DNA of 52,078 nucleotides, the filler included, from Dimargaris cristalligena (lineage: Eukaryota): NCBI GenBank assembly GCA_003614675.1. It is 2 parts of 2 records of this genome, joined end to end, with 100 filler letters (N's around TTAATTAATTAA, not from the genome) between each part and the next. Parts side by side here need not be neighbours in the genome. Positions count along the whole stretch, not along the records: positions 1 to 26,002 come from ML002548.1; 1 more part is not named here. The stretch is one strand, 5' to 3'. A program made the position numbers and the translations under genes. Of the stretch, positions 11,941 to 24,632 are shown in pieces; positions within the stretch are counted from its first letter, which is position 1, and every line of letters begins with the position of its first letter. Under the pieces are notes generated by a model. It worked only from the letters and a program-made list of their open reading frames with translations. It was not told the origin of the DNA and made no database searches.

Positions 11941-12620
11941 AACGTTTTTAAAAGTGTGCGCGTGTGCGTGGGTTTATGTGTGTGTTTAACGCATGTCAGT
12001 TCAGGTGAAATGTGGCTATTGTTTAAGGGAGAGGGTGAAATTCATGGGAGGAGGAACAAAGGCTGCCAGCCGTGGATTGGGATTGATGCCGCCGTAGGGT
12101 TTACAACTACCAGCGCAGAGTATGATGGGGCAGATGAGCAGCAGAATGAAGCACCAAGGAAGAAACTAAATAATAGGAGCAGAGAGCCCTGACACCGTGG
12201 TTTACATCATCGCCCAAGCCCCGGACTACGGAGTGCTTGGCAGTTTCGTCATTGATATTGGACCAAAGTATTAAGGGGGTGGAATTACACCACCTATCTA
12301 TTCCGCTCTACCTTACCGATTAGATATAGCAAAGTAGGTTTGGGCATCATTCATCAAACGGCACCAGGCCTATAAGGGGATATCACGTGGGCTACGGGCG
12401 CTCCATGTTCAACAAAGTATTCCGAAAAAATCTAGGGTAAGCAATTTGATAGGGGGGCAACTACACCCGAATTAGCTGAGCTATTATTAGATACATAGTA
12501 AATGAGCTACTTTTCAATACTAATGCGAGAATGGAATTCAGCCGTTCTTTCAACAGAGCCTTAATCTAACTCGTTTAAATATACCTATTTTAAGTACTGC
12601 TATATATACTAATATTCGAC

Positions 12621-14669
12621 ATGGCACCCCAACAACTGGCCCATTTACTCGTTAAAATAAGGTCCGGCGCCGTCCGGGCCTTCCATCATCAGCCTCGGCA
12701 TTGCCTGAATAACCAGTCCTTTACTCCTAAACGCTCATTTTCCCAAGCTCCACTTTGTTATAAACCACGACCCCTCCCGACGACTCCCATTGAGTCTACC
12801 GTTTCTTTAGATCGTGCCCCTGAATTGTCACGTGTACTTGAGGCAACGAAACTTTTCAACCCACAGTTGGCTGCAGGCGAACCTTTTGGAACAAGCCCCA
12901 CGACTAATTCCCAACGACCGGTAAAGGACCCCGAACCAGTGCCATCAACCCATCGGATACTCGCGGATATATTCCACCCATTGGGCCAGGTTCCCTTGCC
13001 TACGTTAGCTAACCCACCCATGCGAATAGATCAAAGCAGCGACCTCTATTTGAATTTAGATGTCCCTTGGGGTTTCGATTTACAGCAGGTAGTTGATCAG
13101 GTTGCCCAGGCCCTGTCTAGCCCACCACTAACTAGCCCAGCCCCGAATAAACCCGATCCAACATCACAAGCGGGGACCTTGCCTGGTCTGGAATGGTCAC
13201 CTGTACAACTGCTTCTATTAGGAAAGGGCCTCCAACATTTGTATCGGGATGATCCCAAGTCTCTCCTACCCGACAGCGCTGAATACACTCGACTTGTCCA
13301 ACTTTTAGTAAACAAGGAGCACGTCCTAACCGAGCCCCAATTCGGTGTAGCACTAGTAGCGGCCCACAGTTTCAGCCCCGATTCCAGCTTATCACTGTCG
13401 GTGCATCGATTCCCCCGGTTCGCATGTAAGACCCTTCGACAGCAAGATTATGAAGCGCTGATATGGGTTGCGAGCTTCACTAATCTGGAGACCCTAGCTC
13501 TTGAAGTGTACCGTGAAATCAAAACCTGTTGTAGCGGTGTATTCACCGAACCTATGTATCTGGCTTTACTGCATCTCTGCGGCCACCGCCAGCGTGGTAC
13601 CTGGATCGAGGCGCTATACCAAGACTACAATCGCCAGTCCCTGCCCCCCAGTTCCACATTATTGACCGAGTTCCTAATCGCTCTAGGCCTACATTCCCAG
13701 GGCGGCGGTCCGGAACAATTGCGAGCTGCGCTCCAAGACCAACTGCCCAACCTTAGTACCATTTCCGCCACTCGCCTCCTCGCCAGCCATTTGCTTTCAA
13801 ACGACTTCCACCAGTTTCAGGGGCTATACCAGTCGATGCTACCGTTTCTTAATTCCCAGTCCGCGGATCCCATCCTACAAGTGGTGCTTGAGGCCGCCGT
13901 TAAGTTTGACCAAGTACCCTTACTTCGGGCCGCCGAGGAAGGAATGGGCCGAGTCGGAGGCACCTGCGATCCGAATACCAAGGCGCGGTTTGTGTATGCT
14001 TATTCTCAACTGGAACTCGCTTCCCAGGTGGACCAGTACTCCCAAGAACTCATGGATCATCCTGCCCCGCTAACGTCCCTAAGCTGGGAGCGCCTGGTTT
14101 GTGCGCTGGCCAGCTATAATCGCTTAGTACAAGCTGAAACTGCTCTGGCAAAGATGCGGCAACTCGGACATATGCCCTCAGCCACCGTATGGGTCACTTT
14201 AATCCGCTCAGCCCTACAATATCAGGACCGCGATACTTACTATAACTTTCACAACCAACTTCGGGTACTCCCTGAAGTTCCCCGATCCCCCGAACTGCGC
14301 GCCCTAGAAATCCAGTACTATGTCGACAAGCACCAGATCATGGGGGCCCTCATATGTTTTGACCACTTACGCCGTGAAGTCCAGCAAGTTGACCCCCAGT
14401 TATATACTATACTTCTGGCCAGCCTAGCTCGGATCGCTTGGCTACCTGAAACTATGGATCTTTTGGCCGATATGCTGGTCCGCGATCTGACCCCGTCACT
14501 AACCTCCATTGATGAATCCCTAGCACTTGCTCAGAGCCTTCACGCTGAAGCGGATGTCATTCGTTTAAGGGCTCTTCGAACCCGGTTGTACCCCGATAGT
14601 CTAGAGAACCCACTTACATCTCCACCGGCCCGGTTCCGCGCTATGCCCCATCTTTCCTTTGACGTGTAA
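12621..14669 (+). CDS. Probable mitochondrial pentatricopeptide-repeat (PPR) protein
   Basis: 682-aa ORF with an Arg/Ser-rich, acid-free N-terminus (presequence-like) and degenerate ~35-aa helical repeats, e.g. SWERLVCALASYNRLVQAETALAKMRQLGHMPS and LYTILLASLARIAWLPETMDLLADMLVRDLTPS. Confidence 0.7.
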   Translation: MAPQQLAHLLVKIRSGAVRAFHHQPRHCLNNQSFTPKRSFSQAPLCYKPRPLPTTPIESTVSLDRAPELSRVLEATKLFNPQLAAGEPFGTSPTTNSQRPVKDPEPVPSTHRILADIFHPLGQVPLPTLANPPMRIDQSSDLYLNLDVPWGFDLQQVVDQVAQALSSPPLTSPAPNKPDPTSQAGTLPGLEWSPVQLLLLGKGLQHLYRDDPKSLLPDSAEYTRLVQLLVNKEHVLTEPQFGVALVAAHSFSPDSSLSLSVHRFPRFACKTLRQQDYEALIWVASFTNLETLALEVYREIKTCCSGVFTEPMYLALLHLCGHRQRGTWIEALYQDYNRQSLPPSSTLLTEFLIALGLHSQGGGPEQLRAALQDQLPNLSTISATRLLASHLLSNDFHQFQGLYQSMLPFLNSQSADPILQVVLEAAVKFDQVPLLRAAEEGMGRVGGTCDPNTKARFVYAYSQLELASQVDQYSQELMDHPAPLTSLSWERLVCALASYNRLVQAETALAKMRQLGHMPSATVWVTLIRSALQYQDRDTYYNFHNQLRVLPEVPRSPELRALEIQYYVDKHQIMGALICFDHLRREVQQVDPQLYTILLASLARIAWLPETMDLLADMLVRDLTPSLTSIDESLALAQSLHAEADVIRLRALRTRLYPDSLENPLTSPPARFRAMPHLSFDV

Positions 14670-15029
14670 AGATATTGATGTCGACTTTTACATTAATTAT
14701 AGGCCATCTGGCGTAAATTCATTCGCCCACTCAATAACCAATTCTGTATATTAAATTTATTAATACCGATACATAGTCCACCAATACGTTGACTATTGAA
14801 GAAAGAAAAAATAAATACTGAATATATAAATAGACTACATGTCCGGGTAAACCGGGCCTGAGTAATAATACAAGAATGTACATGTCTCCCTGAGGAATCC
14901 GCAAATACACGCACGAATAAGTTAAGTTAGCTACTAGGCTTGGGTAGATTGGCATCAGTGATGTCCTAACCCCTATAAATTTACAAAACGCTATGCTACA
15001 AGTAGGGATTCATCAATTTGCCAGGCCAA

Positions 15030-17136
15030 TTACTGGCACTCGGGAGGCACACTAAAATCCGCCGTCCGTCGAGATCTTAGGTATGAGGCTTGGGTTCCGA
15101 GCCCACGCTTTGCGAAGCCGCGCCAAATGGCACACTTATAAGCGCCCGCGGCAATAGTTGATTCAGCCTGAAGAATAGCGTCACGGGCCTGGATAAAGGT
15201 GGGGTAGCACGGTTGGAATTTCATACCGGCCACCACAACCATCACCGCCAGAGTATTACCGTGCTCCAGACTGGCTGAATGCCAATCGGGGGTAAAGCCT
15301 AATTCGGCCACCAGGTTCCAGTACACTTCGTAGAGCATACTGGCCCAAATAAGACCGTTCTCGTGGGAGCCTTTAAAAGGGCTGCCGGAACGATAGACGT
15401 CGGTGTAGGTTGCCGGGTTGCGGGCTAAATCGGTGGTATAGGGGTAAGGCCGCAGGCCCGCTCCATTGGTCACGTAGGCACCGATAACGATTGGTTGAGT
15501 GGGTGCGGATTTGGCATTCAAATGGAAAATGACGGCGAAGAAATCCCCCCCAGCCCTCGCCCATGGCAGCCGCTTCGTCCCAGCCCAAACAGCCGACATT
15601 CTTCACCCCGCCGGTAAGACGAGTCGAGACCCCGTGGGTGTACTCATGAATGATGATGTCGCTACTCAAAGCCCCATCCCGTAACGGACCCGTCTTATCC
15701 CAGAGGTACATGCGCATCACGGGTTGACGACCGTCGGGCGGCGTGACAAACACGGCACTGTTGTGTCCGGACCCCATCTGAGCAAACGCCACCACGGCAT
15801 CCTGCCCAGTGCCCCCTCGGCCGAAATTATCGTCCTGGAAATTACCCGCACCTTCATCAAACCCGTAGTGATAGAAAATGTCGTGCATCAGATTGCACCA
15901 GTAAAACAGGTTGGTGACCGCGGCATCCACCGAATTCGACCGATCCTGGGGGTCCACCAGGGGAAAATCAAACGTCCGGGTGTTCGAGACCTGCGGCCGA
16001 TAGTTTTTTTTCCAGTTGGGCTTGCCCGACCAGTTCTCTTGGGCGTGTACGTTATTGCCGTCGGTGGTGGAGGCATTGCCGGTAGGTAGTTGGGTGCTCC
16101 AACCTACGGGGGATGCCACATGATCCTCGGGCTCCACCACCAACTGTCGGGGGCCATCAAGTTCACTGATGGTCCCCATGGGGAATACTCGGTACGATGC
16201 GTCGGCGGCCCAGTTAGTTATGGCTCGTACCTGGCGTGTGGAGGTTGAAACAAATCCCTCCAACCAAACCTCGCCGTCGTAAAACTGAACGGTAAACCCC
16301 GTGTCGACCGCTTCGACTTCAACTACTAAACTGCCCGGACAGACGATCACCTCGTAGGCGGGGTCGAGTTCCGCCGCAGTAATGTTCGTGATTGTGTACT
16401 CGAATAATAGAGGGATCTCGGACACGGTGCGGACGTCTACCTGGATAGCGTCCGGTCCTTCAATTTGATACCCAATGTGCTCAGCCAGGATGATAAAGGC
16501 CTCCACCGGGGTTAACCCCTTGATTAAAGCACCGCTGGATTGCACTGATTCTATGGAACGACGCCGAAGAGGTGGTGACGAGTATGAGTCATCGATAGTA
16601 TCCCCATCCAAGGATCCGGGCCGGGTGAAGGAGCTGCCAAACGACAGGATCTCACCACCGGATGCCACATTAACGTTCATGACCCCGTTCTGCAAGGGTA
16701 AACCATTGACTAGCTGGCGGAGATAGACGTGACTAGCCCCGAAATTGGAGTCCACACTCGATGAAACAAAAAGCTCGGCCGTCGAAAGTTGAAACCGCTG
16801 CTGGGCGAAATCCACGGCGACCGTTTCCGCTTGTGTCCGGGGTCCGGTGAGCTGGCGGCGGTGATCCTGTAGCCGCTTGAGGCCAGGCGAGGAACCGTGT
16901 GAAGGGTCGCCTAAGAAGGGGCTGGTGGCGAATGCCCCCAAGCCACTATCTCCCGCGAATCCGGCCGACATGGATGGCTCACTGTCTAGAATTTGATACT
17001 CACGGTAGGACAAACTAGGACCAAAACTAGCAATTTTACCCAGCCGTTTACCCGCTACGGGATGCAGTGCCCCGAACCAGAGGCCTGCCCCCGCGTACAG
17101 AAATGGGAGTACTCGAACTGCTGGTAGTATAGCCAT
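15030..17136 (-). CDS. Fungalysin (peptidase M36) secreted metalloprotease with FTP propeptide; one +1 frameshift at a G7 run
   Basis: Signal peptide; propeptide HVYLRQLVNGL; catalytic motifs YHYGFDEGAGNFQ, TPPDG and HEYTHGVSTRLTGG. The conserved GEGWGDFF is split at 15545-15551, and the other frame continues with HENGLIWASMLYEVYWNLV, MKFQPCYPTFIQARDAIL and IWRGFAKRGLG. Confidence 0.93.
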
Positions 17137-18590
17137 ATGGTTATTACACTTAGCTATCCAGTGTGCTAAGTTTAGATAAGTATGCGTATGATGTGAACTA
17201 GGCTTAGATAAATTGAGGATTCAAAATAAGTAAACGTATTATTGAGTTATAGAAGTGTATTGGTAGAAATGGTACCCTAAAGGGCCGAACGAAAGAAACC
17301 AAAGAGAATGGTAATGCCAGAGATAGGAGAAAATGTGCTGTAATGTTAAGGACCACTGAGATGTTATGCCGAAGTACACAGGCCCCGTATTTATATTCGA
17401 GGGGATGGTTGTTTGCCTAAATAATGTGCAAGGTGCTACAAAAATAGAGTGCAATACAAGGACAAACACGACGAAATAATACGTTACCCGGATATCAACC
17501 ACCCTGGCTGTGGTTGCAGAGCCCAAAGTAGTAATAATTTCCTAAAGATAGCCTAGCGGTACGTTCCACATTGGAAGAAAAGCAAAATTAAACCTCGTGA
17601 ATACCCGGTCGCTGGGCTCGGCACACGGTGGTTCGGCTTGCGAGGCGGTATCCACCGTCGAAATCCCTGCCCAGTCGATGATTAGTTTCAACGCATACGC
17701 ATGCGAACAGTAGAGATATAGGGTGAGTTTTCGCTTGGTTGATTCTGGGCCACCCTCGTGGTCTCGGAATTTACGGATACGTATATATTAGCGAGGGGAG
17801 AAACCCCACCAGATAATATCAACTACGCCAACAGGAGCCTTAACCCCATCCTCTGCGGGTGGGATTGGGATTGGGCGTACAGCCGGTTACTTGACCGCCT
17901 TTCCTAGAAGTATAGTTTCAGAGAATATACCATTTGGCCAAGTAATAGACCGCACACTGAATAAAATTAGCCTAGCCCAGTTGGTACAGGTGGGTCATTC
18001 TAAAATGAGAAGACCGATACGCAATCCCATCCATTTCTCTTGGATATATCACCTTCGAATATAACAAGTAACCCTCCCGCTGCATATGGAATTGATATCC
18101 TCACTAGTAATCTGCACCACATGTAGCACATGAAATTATCATCACCAGGCACCATCCACATTGCCACCTTCCGTAGGCAACTCAGGTGGATATGTTCTAA
18201 GCGTAGAATGTGGACCCGCACATCGTTCACCTCTTTCGATGTATAGCTTCTAGATGATTGCTTGGCCAGCCAATTGGTACCAGTTCGGCATATGACCTTT
18301 CCACCACCATCACGGGACCTCCCTGCGGCAACGAGCACAAGAGGCCTTAATGCGATACTTGGCCATGGACTCGGGAGTTTGGATGGAATGACAATTCACT
18401 TTAATATTCCCTCAGCTCCATGGAATTCTAGGAAAATCAATACACGGTGCCACCACTTTAATTTGGGTGGCCTAACTGGCTACAACCCCTAGAATAAATA
18501 AAGTTAGCATTAGATTTACTGGGATAAGATAATTCACAATAAGGTTATTGAAAAGTAAAGATGTCCCTGAACACAGGGCGGCCGAATTTC

Positions 18591-20325
18591 TTATATGCTG
18601 CCGCGTTTCCCGGCCATCCGGGCCGCCTTGAATCGGGACACTTTCTTTGGCTTAGTATCGTCGGTATCCTGGGTATACAATGGCACAGATAAAGAATAGA
18701 TACATATGAAAAGATAGTGGTTAGATTGATATTACCCAGTATGCAGTATGCCGATACGACAATTTCGCAATAATTATTTTCAAAAAATGGCACCCCATTA
18801 AATACCTTACGATGGCCAAATAAACCCTAAAAGCATAATAACAATAGCTTACCTGGTCCACTGGGACAGAGGATTGGGGCTCGTCCTTAGGGAAAAAATC
18901 GCCCCGGGAAGCGGCCATGGCTTGTCGCCGCTGATTATAAAGTTGGGAGACTTCTCGGACCAAAAATTGTTGTTCAAGGGCGTCGTTTTCGTCGCTGATA
19001 TCCCCGGAATCGATGGGAGCCTCCACCACCTTTTCGACGACTCGCTCCGTCACTGGAGTAATGGTCCCCGATGTTTTGGTGGCAGGTAGAGCATCGTTGG
19101 ACTTGGTAGGAATTTGCCGACCGGTGCGCATGCGTTCGAGAATATCGGCACTGGACTCCGAGCTGGATCGGGAATTGGGGGACGAGGTCCCCGTTGATAA
19201 AGAACCACCCGGTTGTCCCGGGGACAGCATGACTATCCGGGCCCGGTTAGACCGATGGGAAAAATTGAGTTCGGGCAGCTCTACGGGAGATTCCGGGGAC
19301 GTCTGGCGTGTGTCTTCGAACACTTCGTTACGGGAATCGTCGAAACTGACGTTCTTCTTGGTCGCCGGTGGGGTTAGGGGCGATTTCATTGATGAACGTA
19401 GACTCGACTGGCCCGTCTGGATCGGGGAAAGCTGAGGGGGCGTCATGGTCTGGGCTTCCTGTAGGTACATTTCTTGAACCGCGAGATCCAGTGCCGCGTT
19501 TTCGGTAGCAAGGGCAGCGTCGAGTGTTTGAGAAAGGGATTTCCATTGCTGGGGCTCCTCCGGTTTATTTTCCTCGACCATGTCGTCCATCTCGACTACC
19601 TCTTCCTCTACTTCTTCCCCCTCCTTCATCTCGCCGACGGTATGCTCCTCGCCTTCGACTTCGCTCTCCGAAGAGTATACTTGTTCTTCGTCATCTTCCA
19701 ACTCCAGTTGCCAAAGTCGGTCTAACATGTCTTGTTCAGCCTGGCCGAGGCTCGATGGAAGCGACTTTTCCACAACGCTGGATCGCACAGCTGAGGAACG
19801 AAGCGATCCATGGCTCGGGGCCACCGGGGCCCGGGCCTGGGTAGTGCGGTCGCCACCGCTTTCGTCGTCGGAATCGTCAATTTTCTCGATAATATCTACA
19901 ATAGGTTCCCCGTCTTCATTGAACTGTTCATTCCGCATACTGTCCAGGTGGTCCGCGATCCCCAACTGACTCCCCATGAGCTCCAGTTCCGACCGTAAGT
20001 CACGAAGCTTACCTTCCACGTACGCCACCCGCCGAGTCGCAATGGCCTGGGCCTGGTGGGCGGATCGTTCGACAAACCAGTTATCCCCTAGAAGGACCAT
20101 TACTTCATTGGTGTGGACAATGGACCCGGGCATAAAGGCCAGTGGGCCCATGGGAATTTGGACGTCATAGGAAAGTTGGTGGGAAAACGTGGAGAGTTGG
20201 TCGGCTAGGGCTCGGTAATCGGCTTGGAAGGCCTCGTACTGCTCGATCGTGGCATTTAGAGCGGCGGCCTTTTCCTTGACCGCAGTGGTGAATCGACTTA
20301 GTTGGGCAAGGGTATTGGGTTCCAT
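18591..20325 (-). CDS. BUD27: Unconventional prefoldin RPB5 interactor (URI1/Bud27)
   Basis: N-terminal prefoldin-alpha domain (IPMGPLAFMPGSIVHTNEVMVLLGDNWFVERS), NEDGEPIVDI motif and acidic middle region. Intron 18852-18669 (gtaagc..ccag) adds the terminal exon with the conserved KKVSRFKAARM motif; stop TAA at 18591. Confidence 0.9.
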
Positions 20326-21049
20326 GGCGACGGACTAAATAAACGGATGGGGTAAGACTACAGAAAAGAAGAAAAAAGAGGTGTGGAAATGGCGGGCTAG
20401 GCAGGTAAGTAAGGAAACAGTGAGGCCAAATGGGGCAAAGGGGTGGTTCTACCTTTTCCGCGCACTATTTACAGTAGAGTTGGTGCAGCATGGGGTCCAG
20501 ATTCATCTCTGTGCTTTATGTTGGAAAGTCCGACGATTCTGTGAAGCGCTGGTTTCATATTTTTATTGAGAGGAGAGGGAGTTTGACTTAATGAATAATG
20601 TCCCACGGGAAATGGTTTTTTTAAAGCACGGCCGTCACCTGGCAACGGGGCCATAATGTGGTGAAAATAACCTTCGAGAAATGTTTGATAGGTATAGCAC
20701 TTCATTTGTTTGAAACACTCCTATAAAGGATGCACGGTGTTTGCCGGACCAGCATAGCTAAACTCCACGAAGGCGTGTCATTTCCATGAACATACGTAAG
20801 CGCCAAAATCCTCCAGCCAGGTTTAGCCCACCGAGTCATAAGAAACTGGCCAAGGATATACCCATATTTCCTAATAATAGCCTGGCTATTTTTAGTTGCA
20901 TTACCTACCACACTGCTACATATTTTGACGCGTACCCCAGCCGCCCCGGCCTACTCCTGCTACAGTAGAAGAATGAAATATTCCTAATTAAGGGGAACCG
21001 ACATCTCCCCACCTGGTCCACCCCGGATTAATCTCCAACAACATCATGC

Positions 21050-21181
21050 ATATGGGAGAAGTTCATTCAAGCTGTATAACGAAAAATCCATTGGATGAGG
21101 CCAATATTACTGGTTAAAAGGTATTCTCACATACATGTATTATGTAAAACCTTATACAGCTGGTTTGAATTTCACCCATAT
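21050..21181. mobile_element. MITE-like element, copy 1 (~130 bp, ~30-bp imperfect TIRs, TA-flanked)
   Basis: Left end TATGGGAGAAGTTCATTCAAGCTGTATAA; right end reverse-complements to TATGGGTGAAATTCAAACCAGCTGTATAA. The interior matches the copy at 28281. Confidence 0.75.
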
Positions 21182-21265
21182 TGAACCAAAAAAAAAACAC
21201 ACACCAATATATTGCTTTCCTAAAATTCACCAGGGTGGTTCACGGCACCAAATCAGGGCCATAAA

Positions 21266-22897
21266 CTACTCTTTTGAGAATAATTGGCGTACCCGATCCA
21301 CAAACGACTGGGGGGTTAACTTGGGTCGCACATCTAGAAAAAATGAAGGAATATCAGTCATCCGAGCTAGAGGAGTGTCAGGGGACTCGGGGTTCGCTAG
21401 TTGCTTTTTGGGTCTGCCGGAATAGAAATCAATAATGTAAGTAACCTCCTGCCCGCACCGGTCTACCACCCAATCGTGCCGATCAAACGGTAGTTTGTAT
21501 CTAGAATTCAACAATATCCGCGAGAATTTAAATATAGAAACACCATACAAAAAGGTAGGGCGTACGTGTTAGTGAGTGCCTAAGTGGGTCTACATAAATA
21601 TGAGAAGTACGTCCAGCGACTGTAGGTGAGCTATTTTGGCCATCGACCTTAGCCATGATAAGCGAGGATATCGATTAAACATGAACCTCAGTAGTATAGT
21701 ACTTACCCGATGAAATTCCGGAATCGGGCCTTTGGGGAAATGTCGGTGGGCCGGCCTTCAAACCGAACCAATTTTGGCGTTGGGCATTGCCTAATTTGAA
21801 GAAAATAAATATTTAGAGGAGGAAACAAATGTATGAATTAGTAACGTGCTGTTCAACGGTAAACGGTATAGTAACAGATTATATCTGATAAGCCGCGGAT
21901 GTACTACGATGATAGATGGTTGAGAATAGACGTACGCTTTATAGTGTTGTTCCCATTTCAGAACCTTTCTCCAGGCCATCTCGTTGACGATGTTGTGAAT
22001 GGAGACTACGGCCTCCATATCTTCCTCCTTGGCTTCCCAATTTTTGCGCTTCATGGCATTATAGAACTGCTGTTCGGAAGGGTACATCCATGTTGAATTG
22101 TCACTGTCTTCGGAGTCATACGCAGTCGATGCCGCGGCCTTTGGGACGGATTCGTTCGGGGCCGAGTGGGAACTAGGGGTCGCATCTTTGGAGGCCCGAG
22201 GTATAGTGGATTTGATACGTTCTTGGGAAAGCAGTTTACTTTGCCCTGACTGCCGCTCTTGGGACATCTCGGGCATCATATTCAATGGGTTGACCTCTGT
22301 TAAAAGCATATATACAGCGTCGTAATATATATATATATATATATGTATATATTTAGTATACCAGTATAACCCTTATTGAAGATTGGTGGGTATTGCAAAA
22401 ATGGGAATTGATACAATCAGGCCGGTCAACTCCAGCTTAAAGCTGAAGGTTATTGGGTGGGATACTATATATGTGCCAGTAGAAGCCACTTACTTTCTGG
22501 TGCTGGGCTCGGCTCGGCATCATGGTTTACGGGACAGCGACTATCTGCTGAGGCGGTCTGGTCTATTTCCAAAAATCGACAGTTGTTCATAGTGGAAATG
22601 GATTAGCGGGTTTTCTGAAAGGGCCAATCACCCATTGGCTAGTACTAAAACCGGACATGCCTAAACGAGGCCCCGGGCTAGAACAAAGGAATGGGGTTCG
22701 TCTGGCTGCAACGGTAAAATAAAGAGACCCTAGGTAGAAGGGATAATGGGGTGGGGAGTCCTACCTGGCAAAAGTTCCTTGGGGAAAGCGTCGTGGTTGA
22801 CAGGACATTTGGGCTCGTCTTGGGCAACCGGAGGAGGAGCCGTGGATTCCTTCGAATCCTTTTGGGCAGCTGAAGGAGGGGGCGTGGATTCGACCAT
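21266..22897 (-). CDS. HCCS: Holocytochrome c synthase (cytochrome c/c1 heme lyase), 5 exons
   Basis: ATG 22897; two CPV heme-regulatory motifs (KCPVNHD, RCPVNHD); [69 protein letters not shown] and LDVRP. The four GT-AG introns splice in frame. Confidence 0.95.
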
Positions 22898-24632
22898 TGG
22901 GGGGGATTCACTTGGGTAGGGATTAAAAGGGAATTTGTCGTTAGCTGGAATTAATAAACTTCATTGGGGAACAATGAACTAGGCGAGTGAATCTGCTAAT
23001 CAAAACACTTAGAAAATTGTATCCACTAGATTGCGCCGATTGGACTAGGAAGTCCGGTTGACAGCCACAACCGAATGGGGGAGCTATCCACTCCGTTGGG
23101 CCCAACCCCAGACTGGCCTGGCGTATTTAGTGGCAAGACTCCCCCCCCCCAAACTGTTAAAATCTTCCCAATAAATTAACAACCGGCATTAGATATATAT
23201 ACTATAACCCTCAGTCACTAAAATAATCGCCTATCTATACCAAAACAGCAGCACCATTGGTGTATCCCCCAAGAAAGATAAGAGGGTATTGCTATAGGGT
23301 AGTACTAGCCTGCCAGGTATATCCCTCTTTCACTTAACGAATCGAACATGTTTTTCCCAAAGACTTCAAGGTTTTTCCCTTCGGCCAGCTGCAGCTAAAC
23401 CCAAGTGAGTGATGTCACATTCTCCGGCTTAAGCTGGTGTACGGAGGCAGTTTCCCTACAGCCTTCCTCACTGCTAGATAGGACGGTGCTAAGCGTGGAT
23501 GGATCCAGTTTCCTGTCGGAATTCCACAAATAGCTTGGGAAGGCTAAATAGCCTGAACTGTAGCGGTGCTTACCAGCAATGAGCATATCCAAACGGGACT
23601 ACAGATAAAGCTCTAAATACATATTGAACCCCCGCCTTGTGATTTTAGACTGTTGCAATTTTGATGGTCCCCATTACGTAAGGCCTGGCTAATAACAGCG
23701 ACGCTACTTTCCTGCACATCAGTGCTCTGGATGTCTTGTTACGAAATGGTAGCATTCTACCGCGAGACTAGTATAGACGGCACGTATACCATCGACTTAG
23801 GATGCTGGATCGGTTAAGTATTAAGTATAAGCACTTCAGATAGGCCGTTTAGTCGGCCCAACTAGTGAAATTAGAGTTAAGAATAATGGCGTCCAGTTGG
23901 TAAGACCCAGACATACCCTGCCCCTACACCCCAGGTAATCACAACATGGACTTTATATATATATATATATACATCCCTATTTTAGAGATGGCCAACGTGT
24001 TATTCGTTCTCCGCAAGCGAATAGTTAACCTGCTCCAGGGGCCAAGTTGTATGGCCCCTCAGTGCCGATTTTAAGCCGAAAGGTCTCACACCCACCGCTA
24101 GACACTTTCCGTCTGCACACATCCCTGACTTATCCTCTCAGATGCGCCATTCTCTGCGCGGTTCCCATCCCGGCTGTGAAATGCATCAGCCCAAAAGGCC
24201 CAGCCGGAGAAATATATATCCCCTGGTTGAACGGCCATTGACTATTATTTTCTAATCGTATTTTAAGCCCTCTGAAAGTAAAGAGGAGTGTGTGGGAAGG
24301 CCAAGCAGACGGTGGCAGATATTACGGATGGTGTACATCCCTCGGTTTTAAGACACCCCTCCTACCCCTGTAGCCGGCTTAACCTTTAGGAAGTGCCTGT
24401 GCCGTGGAGCAAAATACATGTCATTGACTTGGGGGTATGGCCGGCAATGGGTAGTGGTATAAATATACCGGCAATGGTCATCACTCCACTTAGACTCTCC
24501 ACTCCCCTCTCCTCTACAACGCACATTTTTTTATACCAGGTGATTGATTATAAGTTTCGCTTACCGAAACCCTTACCTGTACACTACCTCATCTATTATT
24601 CTCTCTCTCCGTTATCCGGCACCTTCATCAAT

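Noticed and set aside
18000..18340. 112-aa minus ORF and a WWWKGH..LA fragment reminiscent of hAT dimerisation domains
   Set aside because: Flanked by stops and lacking the downstream S..ER.FS motif; too weak.
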